A DNA stretch of 64,000 nucleotides, from assembly GCA_965243185.1 (NCBI GenBank), contig OZ251531.1:2214532-2278531 (forward strand). The letters run 5' to 3'. The DNA is from Dehalococcoidia bacterium. GTDB lineage: Bacteria > Chloroflexota > Dehalococcoidia > Lucifugimonadales > UBA3495. The translations under genes and the position numbers were made by a program. A model generated the notes under the pieces. The model was given only the letters and a program-made list of their open reading frames with translations. It was not told where the DNA came from and ran no database searches. Every line of letters begins with the position of its first letter. Position 1 is the stretch's first letter. Positions 1 to 8,106 of the stretch are shown one piece after another.

Positions 1-53
1 TCAGTTTTACGACATTAGCGAAAACCTGAAAACTGCTACAACAGAACGGAACC
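1..53 (-). repeat. B-type repeat unit, copy B0 (inverted, cut by window edge)
   Basis: Reverse complement of 1-53 (ggttccgttctgttgtagcagttttcaggttttcgctaatgtcgtaaaactga) aligns by eye at about 44/53 positions with 1229-1281. Confidence 0.75.
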
Positions 54-159
54 ATTGAGGATTTTTAGAGGTTACTGGAATTCCCGTTTTTTGCGGGAGG
101 AGGCAGCCGGCCGCTATTCCGGGTTTCCCCCTTCACCGGAATAACCCCAACCGGCCCGC

Positions 160-948
160 CTACAGCCCCAAAATGTTCTCCAAGCCCACCGCCAACCCCG
201 GCTTTTTCACCACTTCCCGAATACAGCGCATCACCCCCGGCATATAGCAGTCCCGGCTCAAAGTGTCGTGGCGCAGGGCTATTGTCTGCCCGGCAGCCCC
301 CATAATAACCTCGTGATGCGCGCTGCGGCCGGGCATTCGGATGCTGTGGATAGTTACGCCGTTATACTCCCCGCCCCGCGTATCCGGCAAATTCTCCCGT
401 TCCGGGTAGTTGCGGGTAAAACTGCGCTGGTCGCCGATGCCCTTGGCCAAAGCCATCGCAAATCCGGAAGGCGCGTCAATCTTGGCTTCATGATGGGCTT
501 CCACAATGTCCACATAGTCGAAAAACGGCGCCGCCTGCTCGACCAGTTTTTTCAGGATAACCGCCCCCAAGGCAAAGTTGGGCGCGACGATAACCCCAAT
601 GCCCCGTTCCTTGGCCAAAGCGTCCAGTCGGGCCAAATCGGCGTCCGTCAGTCCGCTGACCCCCAACACCAGGTTGACCCCCCGGGCCGCGGCCACCGGC
701 GCCGCCGCCATCGCAACGGCGGCATTGGTAAAATCCACCAGAACCCCCGGGCCGGTCTGCTCCAGTACCTGCTCCAAGTTGGTGGACAACGGAACTTCCC
801 CGCCATCAGGCAAAGCCAGCCCATCGCCCCGTTCCCGGCGGCAGACCCCGCCCACCAGAACCAAATCCTCCTCCCGGCCCAGGGCGGCCACTGTTTCCAT
901 CCCCATTTTCCCGGTTGCCCCGTTGATTGCCACCCGTATTGACGCCAT
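160..948 (-). CDS. dapB: 4-hydroxy-tetrahydrodipicolinate reductase
   Basis: 262-aa ORF with N-terminal NAD(P)-binding INGATGKMG and the diagnostic VEAHHEAKIDAPSG motif. Confidence 0.9.
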   Translation of the reverse strand: MASIRVAINGATGKMGMETVAALGREEDLVLVGGVCRRERGDGLALPDGGEVPLSTNLEQVLEQTGPGVLVDFTNAAVAMAAAPVAAARGVNLVLGVSGLTDADLARLDALAKERGIGVIVAPNFALGAVILKKLVEQAAPFFDYVDIVEAHHEAKIDAPSGFAMALAKGIGDQRSFTRNYPERENLPDTRGGEYNGVTIHSIRMPGRSAHHEVIMGAAGQTIALRHDTLSRDCYMPGVMRCIREVVKKPGLAVGLENILGL

Positions 949-1070
949 TGCAATCCCCCTTGCGCCCGCCGCAGCCGGCAGACTGAATCGCCCGGTATCT
1001 TACCACCGCCCGCCGGCCGCTGCCATTCCCTGCCGGGAGCAACGCCAAGGCAATTGCATCCTAATTATAT

Positions 1071-1079
1071 TGGTATAAT
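1071..1079 (+). promoter_or_regulatory. Extended -10 promoter (TGGTATAAT), with TTGCAT upstream
   Basis: tggtataat ends 1 nt before element A1. A TTGCAT box lies upstream at suboptimal (14 nt) spacing. Confidence 0.45.
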
Positions 1080-1080
1080 T

Positions 1081-1220
1081 GGTATTCTCAACACGGGTTG
1101 GCGTGAGGTAAAACAAGGAAAAGTCGCCCCGACCAAGAAAGGGATTCCTATTGATTCGCTGGTGCTGCTTTGGCTCCGACAAGGCCGTTTTTAGCAGTGC
1201 CAACCCGTGTTGAGAATACC
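1081..1220 (+). repeat. A-type element copy A1: ~140 nt with 22-bp perfect terminal inverted repeats (candidate structured RNA or MITE)
   Basis: GGTATTCTCAACACGGGTTGGC ... GCCAACCCGTGTTGAGAATACC. A second copy at 34955-35093 is ~85-90% identical by eye. Confidence 0.85.
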
Positions 1221-1228
1221 CTGCCGCC

Positions 1229-1306
1229 GGTTCCGTTTCGTTTTAGCAGTTTTTAACTTTTCGCTAATATCGTAAAGTTGACTAACTGCTAAAACAGAAC
1301 GGAACC
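1229..1306 (+). repeat. B-type unit copy B1, forming a 78-nt extended hairpin
   Basis: ggttccgtttcgttttagcag (1229-1249) pairs with ctgctaaaacagaacggaacc (1286-1306) at 20/21 positions. An inner AACTTT/AAAGTT stem is present. Confidence 0.8.
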
Positions 1307-1321
1307 CTGCCGCCGCCGTCC

Positions 1322-1350
1322 TTGACTACCCGCCCTTGACCCGCTAAAAT
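1322..1350 (+). promoter_or_regulatory. sigma70-type promoter TTGACT-N17-TAAAAT giving a near-leaderless PHP mRNA
   Basis: TTGACT at 1322-1327, a 17-nt spacer, TAAAAT at 1345-1350. The ATG is at 1360. Confidence 0.5.
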
Positions 1351-1359
1351 CATTCCCAA

Positions 1360-2058
1360 ATGGCTCGCATCTTTGACCTCCATATCCACACCACCAAGGG
1401 CAGCGCCGACAGCAGCCTCTCTCCCGAGGATTTGATTCTCGAAGCGGAACGGCTGGGCTTGCGCGGCTTGTGCATTACCGAACACAGCGGCCCTTGGGAT
1501 CGCCACGAATTCGAGCGGTTCGCCGCCCAACATAATGTCGTCCTGGTGCGGGCGATGGAAGCCGATACCGACATGGGGCATATGCTGGCTTTCGGGCTGG
1601 ACCAGTACCAATCCGGCTTTCACAAGGCCGCCGAACTGTGCCGGGCAGCTCGGGCCGCCGGCGGATTTGTAGTCAGCGCCCATCCCTTTCGCGGCGTCTT
1701 GGGCAAGCATATGCGGGAACGCCCCTATCTCTACCGCTCTTTGCCTAACGAACCCTTGCCCCAACTGCCGGAGGATGCCTTGACGCATCCGGTATTCCAG
1801 CTGGCTGATGCCGTCGAAGTCGTCAACGGCGGCACCGCCGACGAGGAAAATGCCTTTGCGATGGCCGTTGCCAGCAAGTTGGGGTTGCCGGTCACCGGCG
1901 GTAGCGATGCCCATTCCGTCCACGGTTTGGGCCGCTATGTTACCGCCTTTGCCGATGAAATCCATACCCAGGATGAGTTTATCACCGCCCTGCGCGCCGG
2001 CGGCTTTTTCCCGGCGGTGGGCTTGCGCGCCGGCCAACTGCGCCCCTACACTGGATAG
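1360..2058 (+). CDS. PHP-domain metal-dependent phosphoesterase
   Basis: N-terminal DLHIHT, a central ITEH motif and C-terminal GGSDAHS, which are typical PHP motifs. Confidence 0.8.
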   Translation: MARIFDLHIHTTKGSADSSLSPEDLILEAERLGLRGLCITEHSGPWDRHEFERFAAQHNVVLVRAMEADTDMGHMLAFGLDQYQSGFHKAAELCRAARAAGGFVVSAHPFRGVLGKHMRERPYLYRSLPNEPLPQLPEDALTHPVFQLADAVEVVNGGTADEENAFAMAVASKLGLPVTGGSDAHSVHGLGRYVTAFADEIHTQDEFITALRAGGFFPAVGLRAGQLRPYTG

Positions 2059-2157
2059 CCCGAAACCATCAGCCCCGGCCTGGGGAAACCCGGTCAAGTC
2101 TTTGCCATCCCTTGGCTATTCCGCCCCCGATTAGTGAATTAACTGGAAAGGTCTGCT

Positions 2158-5025
2158 GTGATGTCCCTCGGTCTGCAATTCCCGGCAACTTCCGCCTTGG
2201 AGCGGACTTTTGTTGCCCTGGACTTGGAAACTACCGGGTTGAACGCCGACCGGGGGGATAAAGTTATCCAGATTGGGGCAGTCAAGTTTCAAGGCGACCG
2301 GGTTATCGACCGCTTTGATACCTTTGTCAACCCCGGCAAAGACATCCCCGACTTTATCCAACGCTTGACCGGCATCCGCCCCGACCAAGTGCGGCGCGCC
2401 CCCCACTTCTCCTCGGTCAGCTATGACTTGGAGAGCTTTATCGAAGGCCATCCCATCATCGGCCACAACATCAGCTTTGACCTGAAATTTCTGGAAGTCG
2501 AGGGGCTGTCTCTGGCTAATCCCAGCTACGATACTTGGGATTTGGCTTACTTTCTGTTGCCGCGCAACCCGGAATACAACTTGCAATCCTTCATCCGTCA
2601 GTTTGACCTTTCCAGCGCCAAGGCGCACCAAGCCATTGACGATGCTGACGCCGCCCGCCAACTGTTTCTGCTGCTGCTGCGCCGGGCGGGCGAACTGGAG
2701 CCGGGCTTGCTGGCGTGGGTGCAGCAGCTGGCCCGCCGCAGCAACTGGCGCGTCGCCGACTTGCTGACCGGATTGGAAAGCGGCAACGGCCGTAATGGCG
2801 GCCCGGCCCTGTTTGAGGCCGCCGGGCTGAAACTGCACAGCTTGGCCGCCAAAGTTGGGCAGCCGGAACGCCGCCGCTACGATAATACTTTGCTCCATCT
2901 GGATGAAGCCAAGGCCGCCGGCTTGATGGGCCCGGACGGCCCCTTTGCTAAAACCTTTCCCAATTTCGAGCAGCGGCCGCAGCAGTCCGAAATGCTGGCC
3001 GCCGTAGCCCAAGCCATCTACCAGGGGCAGCATCTGATGGTCGAGGGCGGCACCGGTGTGGGCAAGTCAATGGCTTACCTGCTGCCGGCGGCCCTCTTTG
3101 CCCTTTCCCGCAATCAACGGGTGGTCATTTCCACCAACACCATCAACTTGCAGGAGCAGTTGATTAACAAGGATATTCCCGCACTGAATCAGGTTTTAGA
3201 GGAAGCCGGGGTTGTCGAGCCGGGTTCGATTAAATACGCCTTGCTGAAGGGGCGGGCTAATTATCTGTGCCTGAGCCGTTGGAATTATCTTGCTAATGGC
3301 GATGCTTTGGACCCGGCGGAAGCCCGCTTGCTCAGCAAAACGGCGGTTTGGCTGCAAGATGCTGGAACTGCCGATGGCGATCGCAGCGACTTGAACCTGG
3401 GGCGGGATGCCGGCAACTGGAACAAGGTATCCGCCGGGGAACGCATCCGCTGCCCCAATCTGCTCAACGGCGCCGGCCCCTGTTTCGTCCGCAGCTCCCG
3501 GGAACGGGCCGAGCAAGCCCATATTGTCGTGGTCAACCACGCCTTGCTGCTGTCCGACCTGATGCGCGGCGGCAGTATCATCCCCGACTACCAGCGCGTC
3601 ATCATCGACGAAGCCCACAACCTCGAGGATGCCGCCACCAATGAATTCAGCTTTGAGATAGCCCCGGAGCGGCTGAATGAGGAAGTCGAAGCCCTGACCC
3701 GCTTGACCCGGGAGGTGCGGCTGGCCTTGGGCGTCGAGGGACTGGATTCCACCCGGCGGCAGCAAGGGGAGCGGCTGATTGGTGATGGGGAAGCCCTATT
3801 GCCGCCGCTGCGGGACAATTGGGCTAACCTGTGGGTGGCTACGGAAGTTTTTTTCAACGCCCAGCGCAGCAAAAATGAGGAACTGCGGCTCCAGCCGCAG
3901 CACCGCAGTCAGCGCAGTTGGGCTGACTTGACTCTGGTTTGGGAAAAGGTGGATGTGGGCTTGCATAACCTCAGCCAAATCCTGGCAGACTTGGCGGACT
4001 TTCTGGAAAACAACCCCATTCCCCAAGCCAAAGAGCAGGCCGGCTTGACCCTGGAATCCGGCAATGTGCAGAGCCGCCTCGAGGAACTGAAAGGCCAGTT
4101 AGCGGCCATTATCGGCCGGGATGATGCCGCCGACATCCACTGGTTGCGCCGCGACCAGGGCAAAAGCGAGATAGCTTTTCACTCGGCGCCGCTGGAAGTT
4201 GGCCCCATCCTGTACGAACGGCTCTACTCCAAAAAGGAAAGCGTAGTTCTGACCAGCGCCACCCTGACCGTCAGTGATAGTTTTGACTTTCCCTTGCATC
4301 GCTTGGGACTGCCGTCCGCTGAAACCAATCAGCTGAAAGTAGGTTCGCCTTTTGACTACAAGCGGGCCGCCCTGCTGCTGACCCCGGAGGATACTTCCGC
4401 GCCCAATCATCCCGAATATCCCCGGGATCTATCCCGCGCCCTGGTTGACTTGGGCAAAACCCTGTCCGGGCGTACGATGGCTCTGTTCACTTCCCACAAC
4501 ACCCTCCGCAATGTGGAACGGCGCATCCGGGAACCCCTGAAAGCCGCCGGCATCGAGCTGTTGGCTCAGAATATCGACGGTTCCGCCCAGCAGATTGGCC
4601 GCCGTTTTGCCGATAATCACGACAAAGACATTCCGACGGTGCTGATTGGTACTAACAGCTTTTGGGAAGGGGTGGATTTCCCCGGCATCCTGAAAGCTCT
4701 GGTCATCACCCGACTGCCCTTTCCGGTGCCGACCAACCCGATAGTTGCCGCCCGCTCCGAATTGTACGAACGCAACGCCTTTAACGAATACTCCGTGCCG
4801 TTGGCGGTACTGCGCTTTCGGCAGGGGATGGGGCGGCTAATCCGCAGCAAGAGCGACAGCGGCGTGGTAGTGGTGCTGGATCAGCGCATCGTCAGCCAGG
4901 GCTACGGGCGGACTTTCTTTCAATCCATCCCGGACTGCACCCAGCACCCGGTCAGCTTGTCCAGCCTCGGGGAGTTGGCGGGCCGCTGGGTAACCCGGGA
5001 TAATCGCGGCGGCGGCCGGGGCTGA
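2158..5025 (+). CDS. dinG: DinG-family helicase fused to an N-terminal DnaQ-like 3'-5' exonuclease
   Basis: Exonuclease motifs LDLETTG, GHNISFD and HQAIDDAD; Walker A GTGVGKS; DEAH box IIDEAHNL. 955 aa. Confidence 0.88.
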   Translation: MMSLGLQFPATSALERTFVALDLETTGLNADRGDKVIQIGAVKFQGDRVIDRFDTFVNPGKDIPDFIQRLTGIRPDQVRRAPHFSSVSYDLESFIEGHPIIGHNISFDLKFLEVEGLSLANPSYDTWDLAYFLLPRNPEYNLQSFIRQFDLSSAKAHQAIDDADAARQLFLLLLRRAGELEPGLLAWVQQLARRSNWRVADLLTGLESGNGRNGGPALFEAAGLKLHSLAAKVGQPERRRYDNTLLHLDEAKAAGLMGPDGPFAKTFPNFEQRPQQSEMLAAVAQAIYQGQHLMVEGGTGVGKSMAYLLPAALFALSRNQRVVISTNTINLQEQLINKDIPALNQVLEEAGVVEPGSIKYALLKGRANYLCLSRWNYLANGDALDPAEARLLSKTAVWLQDAGTADGDRSDLNLGRDAGNWNKVSAGERIRCPNLLNGAGPCFVRSSRERAEQAHIVVVNHALLLSDLMRGGSIIPDYQRVIIDEAHNLEDAATNEFSFEIAPERLNEEVEALTRLTREVRLALGVEGLDSTRRQQGERLIGDGEALLPPLRDNWANLWVATEVFFNAQRSKNEELRLQPQHRSQRSWADLTLVWEKVDVGLHNLSQILADLADFLENNPIPQAKEQAGLTLESGNVQSRLEELKGQLAAIIGRDDAADIHWLRRDQGKSEIAFHSAPLEVGPILYERLYSKKESVVLTSATLTVSDSFDFPLHRLGLPSAETNQLKVGSPFDYKRAALLLTPEDTSAPNHPEYPRDLSRALVDLGKTLSGRTMALFTSHNTLRNVERRIREPLKAAGIELLAQNIDGSAQQIGRRFADNHDKDIPTVLIGTNSFWEGVDFPGILKALVITRLPFPVPTNPIVAARSELYERNAFNEYSVPLAVLRFRQGMGRLIRSKSDSGVVVVLDQRIVSQGYGRTFFQSIPDCTQHPVSLSSLGELAGRWVTRDNRGGGRG

Positions 5026-5957
5026 TGGTGGAGCTAATCGTTGACCGCCCCGTGGACCTGGAAGCCAGCTTGCTGGGCGGGCAAGCCCATCGTTGGCGGC
5101 CGGAAACGCCGGACGAAAACCCGGAAACGGAACTGGCGGAAAGCGGGATAATCTGGTACTCTGGCGTCCTCCGCGGCAACTTCATCCGCATCCGCCAAAT
5201 TACTCCCCAACGAATGGAGTTCCATTCTGCCCCCTGGCCGGAGGCAGCCGTTATCCCGCTGCTGCAAAGCTACTTCCGTATGGATGATGACCTCGACAGC
5301 ATCCACGCCCAAATCTGCCAGGATGAACGGGTGGCGGCGATGGCAGACCGCTACCCCGGCTTGCGGATTCTACGGCAAGAGCCGTGGGAGTGTCTGGTGG
5401 CCTACATCTGCTCCGCCAATTCCAACATCAAGCGCATCCATCAGGTATTGGAAAATATCGCCGGGGCTTGCGGCGACCCCATTGACCTGAAGGGCATCCG
5501 TCGCTATGCTTTTCCTAGGCCGGCTGACTTGGCGGCCGCCGGGGAAGCGGAATTGCGCCGCTTGGGGCTGGGGTTTCGCGCTCCCTATGTGGACCGGGCG
5601 GCTCAGGAAGTAGCCAGCGGCGACTTGGACTTGAACGCCCTAGTACGCCTGCCTTATGCCCCGGCTAAAGAACGCTTGCTCGAGTGTTACGGCATCGGCA
5701 GCAAAATCGCCGATTGCATCGCCGTCTTTTCTCTGGAAAAGTTGGAAGCCTTTCCCATCGATGTCTGGGTGCGGCGGGCTTTGGGCGAATGGTACTTCCC
5801 CGGTCAAAAGACGCCCCCGGACCGGGAACTGTTGGCTTGGGCGCAAAGCTACTTCGGCCCCTACGCCGGCTACGCCCAGCAGTACCTCTTTCACGGGCGG
5901 CGTCTGGAAAAACAAACGGTGGAATCCCCGGCAGCGTACCGGGAATCGGGAGGATAG
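5025..5957 (+). CDS. ogg: 8-oxoguanine DNA glycosylase (OGG1 type), paralog 1, canonical
   Basis: OGG_N motif GGQAHRWR; LRQEPWECL; HhH-GPD motif YGIGSKIADC...FPIDVW with Lys and Asp retained. The start overlaps the dinG stop (TGATG). Confidence 0.85.
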   Translation: MVELIVDRPVDLEASLLGGQAHRWRPETPDENPETELAESGIIWYSGVLRGNFIRIRQITPQRMEFHSAPWPEAAVIPLLQSYFRMDDDLDSIHAQICQDERVAAMADRYPGLRILRQEPWECLVAYICSANSNIKRIHQVLENIAGACGDPIDLKGIRRYAFPRPADLAAAGEAELRRLGLGFRAPYVDRAAQEVASGDLDLNALVRLPYAPAKERLLECYGIGSKIADCIAVFSLEKLEAFPIDVWVRRALGEWYFPGQKTPPDRELLAWAQSYFGPYAGYAQQYLFHGRRLEKQTVESPAAYRESGG

Positions 5958-5962
5958 ACCTA

Positions 5963-6832
5963 ATGGAACTGGATACCCGCGGCCAACCCTTCGACTTGGA
6001 ATTCACCCTGTTCAGCGGCCAGGCTTTCCGCTGGGCTCGGGAAAAGGATACCCCGGATAGCTGGTTCTCCGGCGTAGTGCAGGGCAACCTGATCAGAATA
6101 CGCCAGACCGATCTGGGCATCGAATTCCGCAGCACCCTGCCCGAAGGAATGACCCAATACCACCTGCAAAACTACTTCCGAATGGGGGACGATGTAGCCG
6201 CCATTTATGCGGAAATCTGCCACGACTGGCGGGTGGAGATGATGGTGCGGGAATACTGGGGAATGCGGCTGCTGCGGCAGGAACCCTGGGAGTGTCTGAT
6301 TGCTCACCTGTGTTCCCCGGACAACAGCGTGGCCCAAGTCAGTCAAATTGTCGAGCGGCTGTCGGAAACCCTGGGCAACGCTATATCCCTGGACAGCGAA
6401 ACCCGCTATTCCTTTCCCACTCCGGAGCGGCTGCTTGAAGCCGGCCCGGAGGGTCTGGAGCGGGCGCATCTGGGGCCGGAGCGGGCGACCCATCTTTACC
6501 AGGCCGCCCAAGTGGTAGCCGACGGTTCTCTGGACTTGTACGCTTTGGGGGATATTCCTTACATCCACGCCAAAAACCGCCTGCTCCGCTACCCCGGCGT
6601 CAACCCCCAAATCGCCGACGCCGTCCTGCTCTTTTCCCTCGACAAGTTCGAGGCTTTCCCCATCGACCGGACGGCGGCCCGGGCTTTGGCGGAAAAATAC
6701 TTCCCCGGCCAGGAGCCCCCGGAACAGGAGGAACTGCCCGACTGGACCGAACTGTTTCAGGAACACTTTGGCCCATACGCCGGCTATGCCGGGCAGTTTC
6801 TCTTTCACGGCATCCGGATGGGGCAGTTTTAG
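5963..6832 (+). CDS. OGG1-like glycosylase paralog 2, lacking the catalytic Lys
   Basis: SGQAFRWAR and LRQEPWECL are present, but the HhH motif reads GVNPQIADA (Lys to Gln, Cys to Ala). GGGAGGA RBS upstream of ATG 5963. Confidence 0.75.
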   Translation: MELDTRGQPFDLEFTLFSGQAFRWAREKDTPDSWFSGVVQGNLIRIRQTDLGIEFRSTLPEGMTQYHLQNYFRMGDDVAAIYAEICHDWRVEMMVREYWGMRLLRQEPWECLIAHLCSPDNSVAQVSQIVERLSETLGNAISLDSETRYSFPTPERLLEAGPEGLERAHLGPERATHLYQAAQVVADGSLDLYALGDIPYIHAKNRLLRYPGVNPQIADAVLLFSLDKFEAFPIDRTAARALAEKYFPGQEPPEQEELPDWTELFQEHFGPYAGYAGQFLFHGIRMGQF

Positions 6833-6850
6833 GGCAGGCGCGGGGTTGCT

Positions 6851-7708
6851 ATGGAACTGGAATATGACGCCGGCCAGCCGCTGGACTTGAACATATCCCT
6901 GCGGATGGGGCAAGCCTTTCGCTGGAAAGCCGCCGCCGATGGCTGGTTCAGCGGCGTAGTGCGCGGCCAGTTCATCCAAATCCGCAAGGTCCGCGACGGG
7001 CTGCTGGAGTTTCAAGCCGCCCCCGGCCCGGACGCCAAGGCCGCGGCCATCATCAGCGATTACCTGCGGTTGGATGAGGATATTACCGCCATCTATGTCG
7101 ATCTCAGTAAGAGGGACGGGAAAATTGCGGAACTGGTCGCGAAATACCGGGGTTTGCGGATTTTGCGGCAAGAGCCGTGGGAGTGTTTGGTATCATACAT
7201 CCTGTCCGCCCAATCGCCGATACCCCGCATTGAAAGGAATGTTAAGGCGTTGGCCGACCAATTCGGCGACCGTATCGTACCGGGAATGTCGGCATTTCCT
7301 ACGCCGCGGCAACTGGCAGAAGTAAGCCAAGACGAAATTTCCCAAGTGCTGGTCGGATTCAAGCGATACGCCGTGAGCGTATCAGGAGCGGCTCGGGAAG
7401 TTGCGGGCGAGCGGCTGGACTTGGATAGCTTGGCAAAGTTGGATTATGAACCAGCCAAGCAACGGTTAAAGCAGTGTTATGGGGTCGGCGATAAAGTTGC
7501 CGACTGTGTGCTGCTGTTTTCACTGGATAAACCTGAAGCATTTCCGATTGACCGGCACATCGGCCGAGCCTTGTCTGATTACTACTTCCCAAGAGTAAAA
7601 ACGCCGTCTGACGCCAAACTCCGGGATTGGGCGCAAAATCACTTTGGCCGCTACGCCGGCTATGCCGGGCAGTTCCTGTTTTACGAGGAAAGGCCGGTGC
7701 GGAACTAG
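6851..7708 (+). CDS. OGG1-like glycosylase paralog 3
   Basis: MGQAFRWK, LRQEPWECL and YGVGDKVADC...FPIDRH, with Lys and Asp retained. Confidence 0.8.
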   Translation: MELEYDAGQPLDLNISLRMGQAFRWKAAADGWFSGVVRGQFIQIRKVRDGLLEFQAAPGPDAKAAAIISDYLRLDEDITAIYVDLSKRDGKIAELVAKYRGLRILRQEPWECLVSYILSAQSPIPRIERNVKALADQFGDRIVPGMSAFPTPRQLAEVSQDEISQVLVGFKRYAVSVSGAAREVAGERLDLDSLAKLDYEPAKQRLKQCYGVGDKVADCVLLFSLDKPEAFPIDRHIGRALSDYYFPRVKTPSDAKLRDWAQNHFGRYAGYAGQFLFYEERPVRN

Positions 7709-7760
7709 CGGATTCCTTACCGACGCAGTGCATTGCCCATCCCGCCTCCTCCCGGCAATG

Positions 7761-7769
7761 TGCTATAAT
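7761..7769 (+). promoter_or_regulatory. Extended -10 promoter TGCTATAAT
   Basis: tgctataat lies 31 nt upstream of ATG 7800. Confidence 0.45.
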
Positions 7770-7799
7770 AGGCGCAAGAAAAGGGGCAAGGTTTGGAAT

Positions 7800-8093
7800 A
7801 TGGCAGTTTCTGACCGCAATACTGACCAGTCCCCCGACAAGTTCAGCTGGAAACGCTTCCTCAGCGGGCTTTTCGGTAGCAACATCCGGGAGACCATTGC
7901 CGACATCCGGGCGATTCGCGGAAAGCGTCAAACTGCCATTGCTGCATCCGACCAAAGCGCGCATAAGCCCGATTGGAAGCACATATTCAGCGGACTTTTC
8001 GGTAGCACTATCCGGGAAACTATCGCCGACCTCCGGATTATCCGCGATGGTATTCGCCATCGCCCGCCGGAACATCCCCCGGAAGCCAAGTAA
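7800..8093 (+). CDS. Small hypothetical protein (97 aa) with an internal tandem repeat
   Basis: KFSWKRFLSGLFGSNIRETIADIRAIRG and KPDWKHIFSGLFGSTIRETIADLRIIRD repeat within one ORF. Internal ATG chosen because the longer ORF overlaps the paralog 3 end. Confidence 0.5.
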   Translation: MAVSDRNTDQSPDKFSWKRFLSGLFGSNIRETIADIRAIRGKRQTAIAASDQSAHKPDWKHIFSGLFGSTIRETIADLRIIRDGIRHRPPEHPPEAK

Positions 8094-8106
8094 CCGGCCG
8101 CTATTC

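Noticed and set aside
1000-1203. 67-aa ORF on the minus strand overlapping element A1
   Set aside because: It runs through the palindromic repeat and into the promoter region. The flanks are not conserved at copy A2, and there is no RBS. This is most likely an artefact of the repeat.
1-1306. CRISPR array formed by the GTTTTAGCAG...GTAAAG units
   Set aside because: Only three dispersed copies exist, in mixed orientation. They are separated by a gene (dapB) or by 34 kb, with no regular repeat-spacer periodicity and no cas genes in the window. Kept only as repeat-like similarity in a finding.
5960-7171. Long antisense or alternate-frame ORFs (for example 5960-7171 minus, 21318-22511 plus, 27227-28558 plus, 30554-31774 plus, 37176-38672 minus, 45762-47135 plus, 48372-49505 plus, 53667-54611 minus)
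   Set aside because: They lie opposite or out of frame to genes with unambiguous conserved motifs. Their translations are Arg/Pro/Gly-rich and low-complexity, typical of shadow ORFs in high-GC DNA.
7644-7799. Longer 149-aa version of the small repeat protein
   Set aside because: The extra 52 codons overlap the end of OGG paralog 3 and precede the TGCTATAAT box. The internal ATG at 7800 is more plausible.
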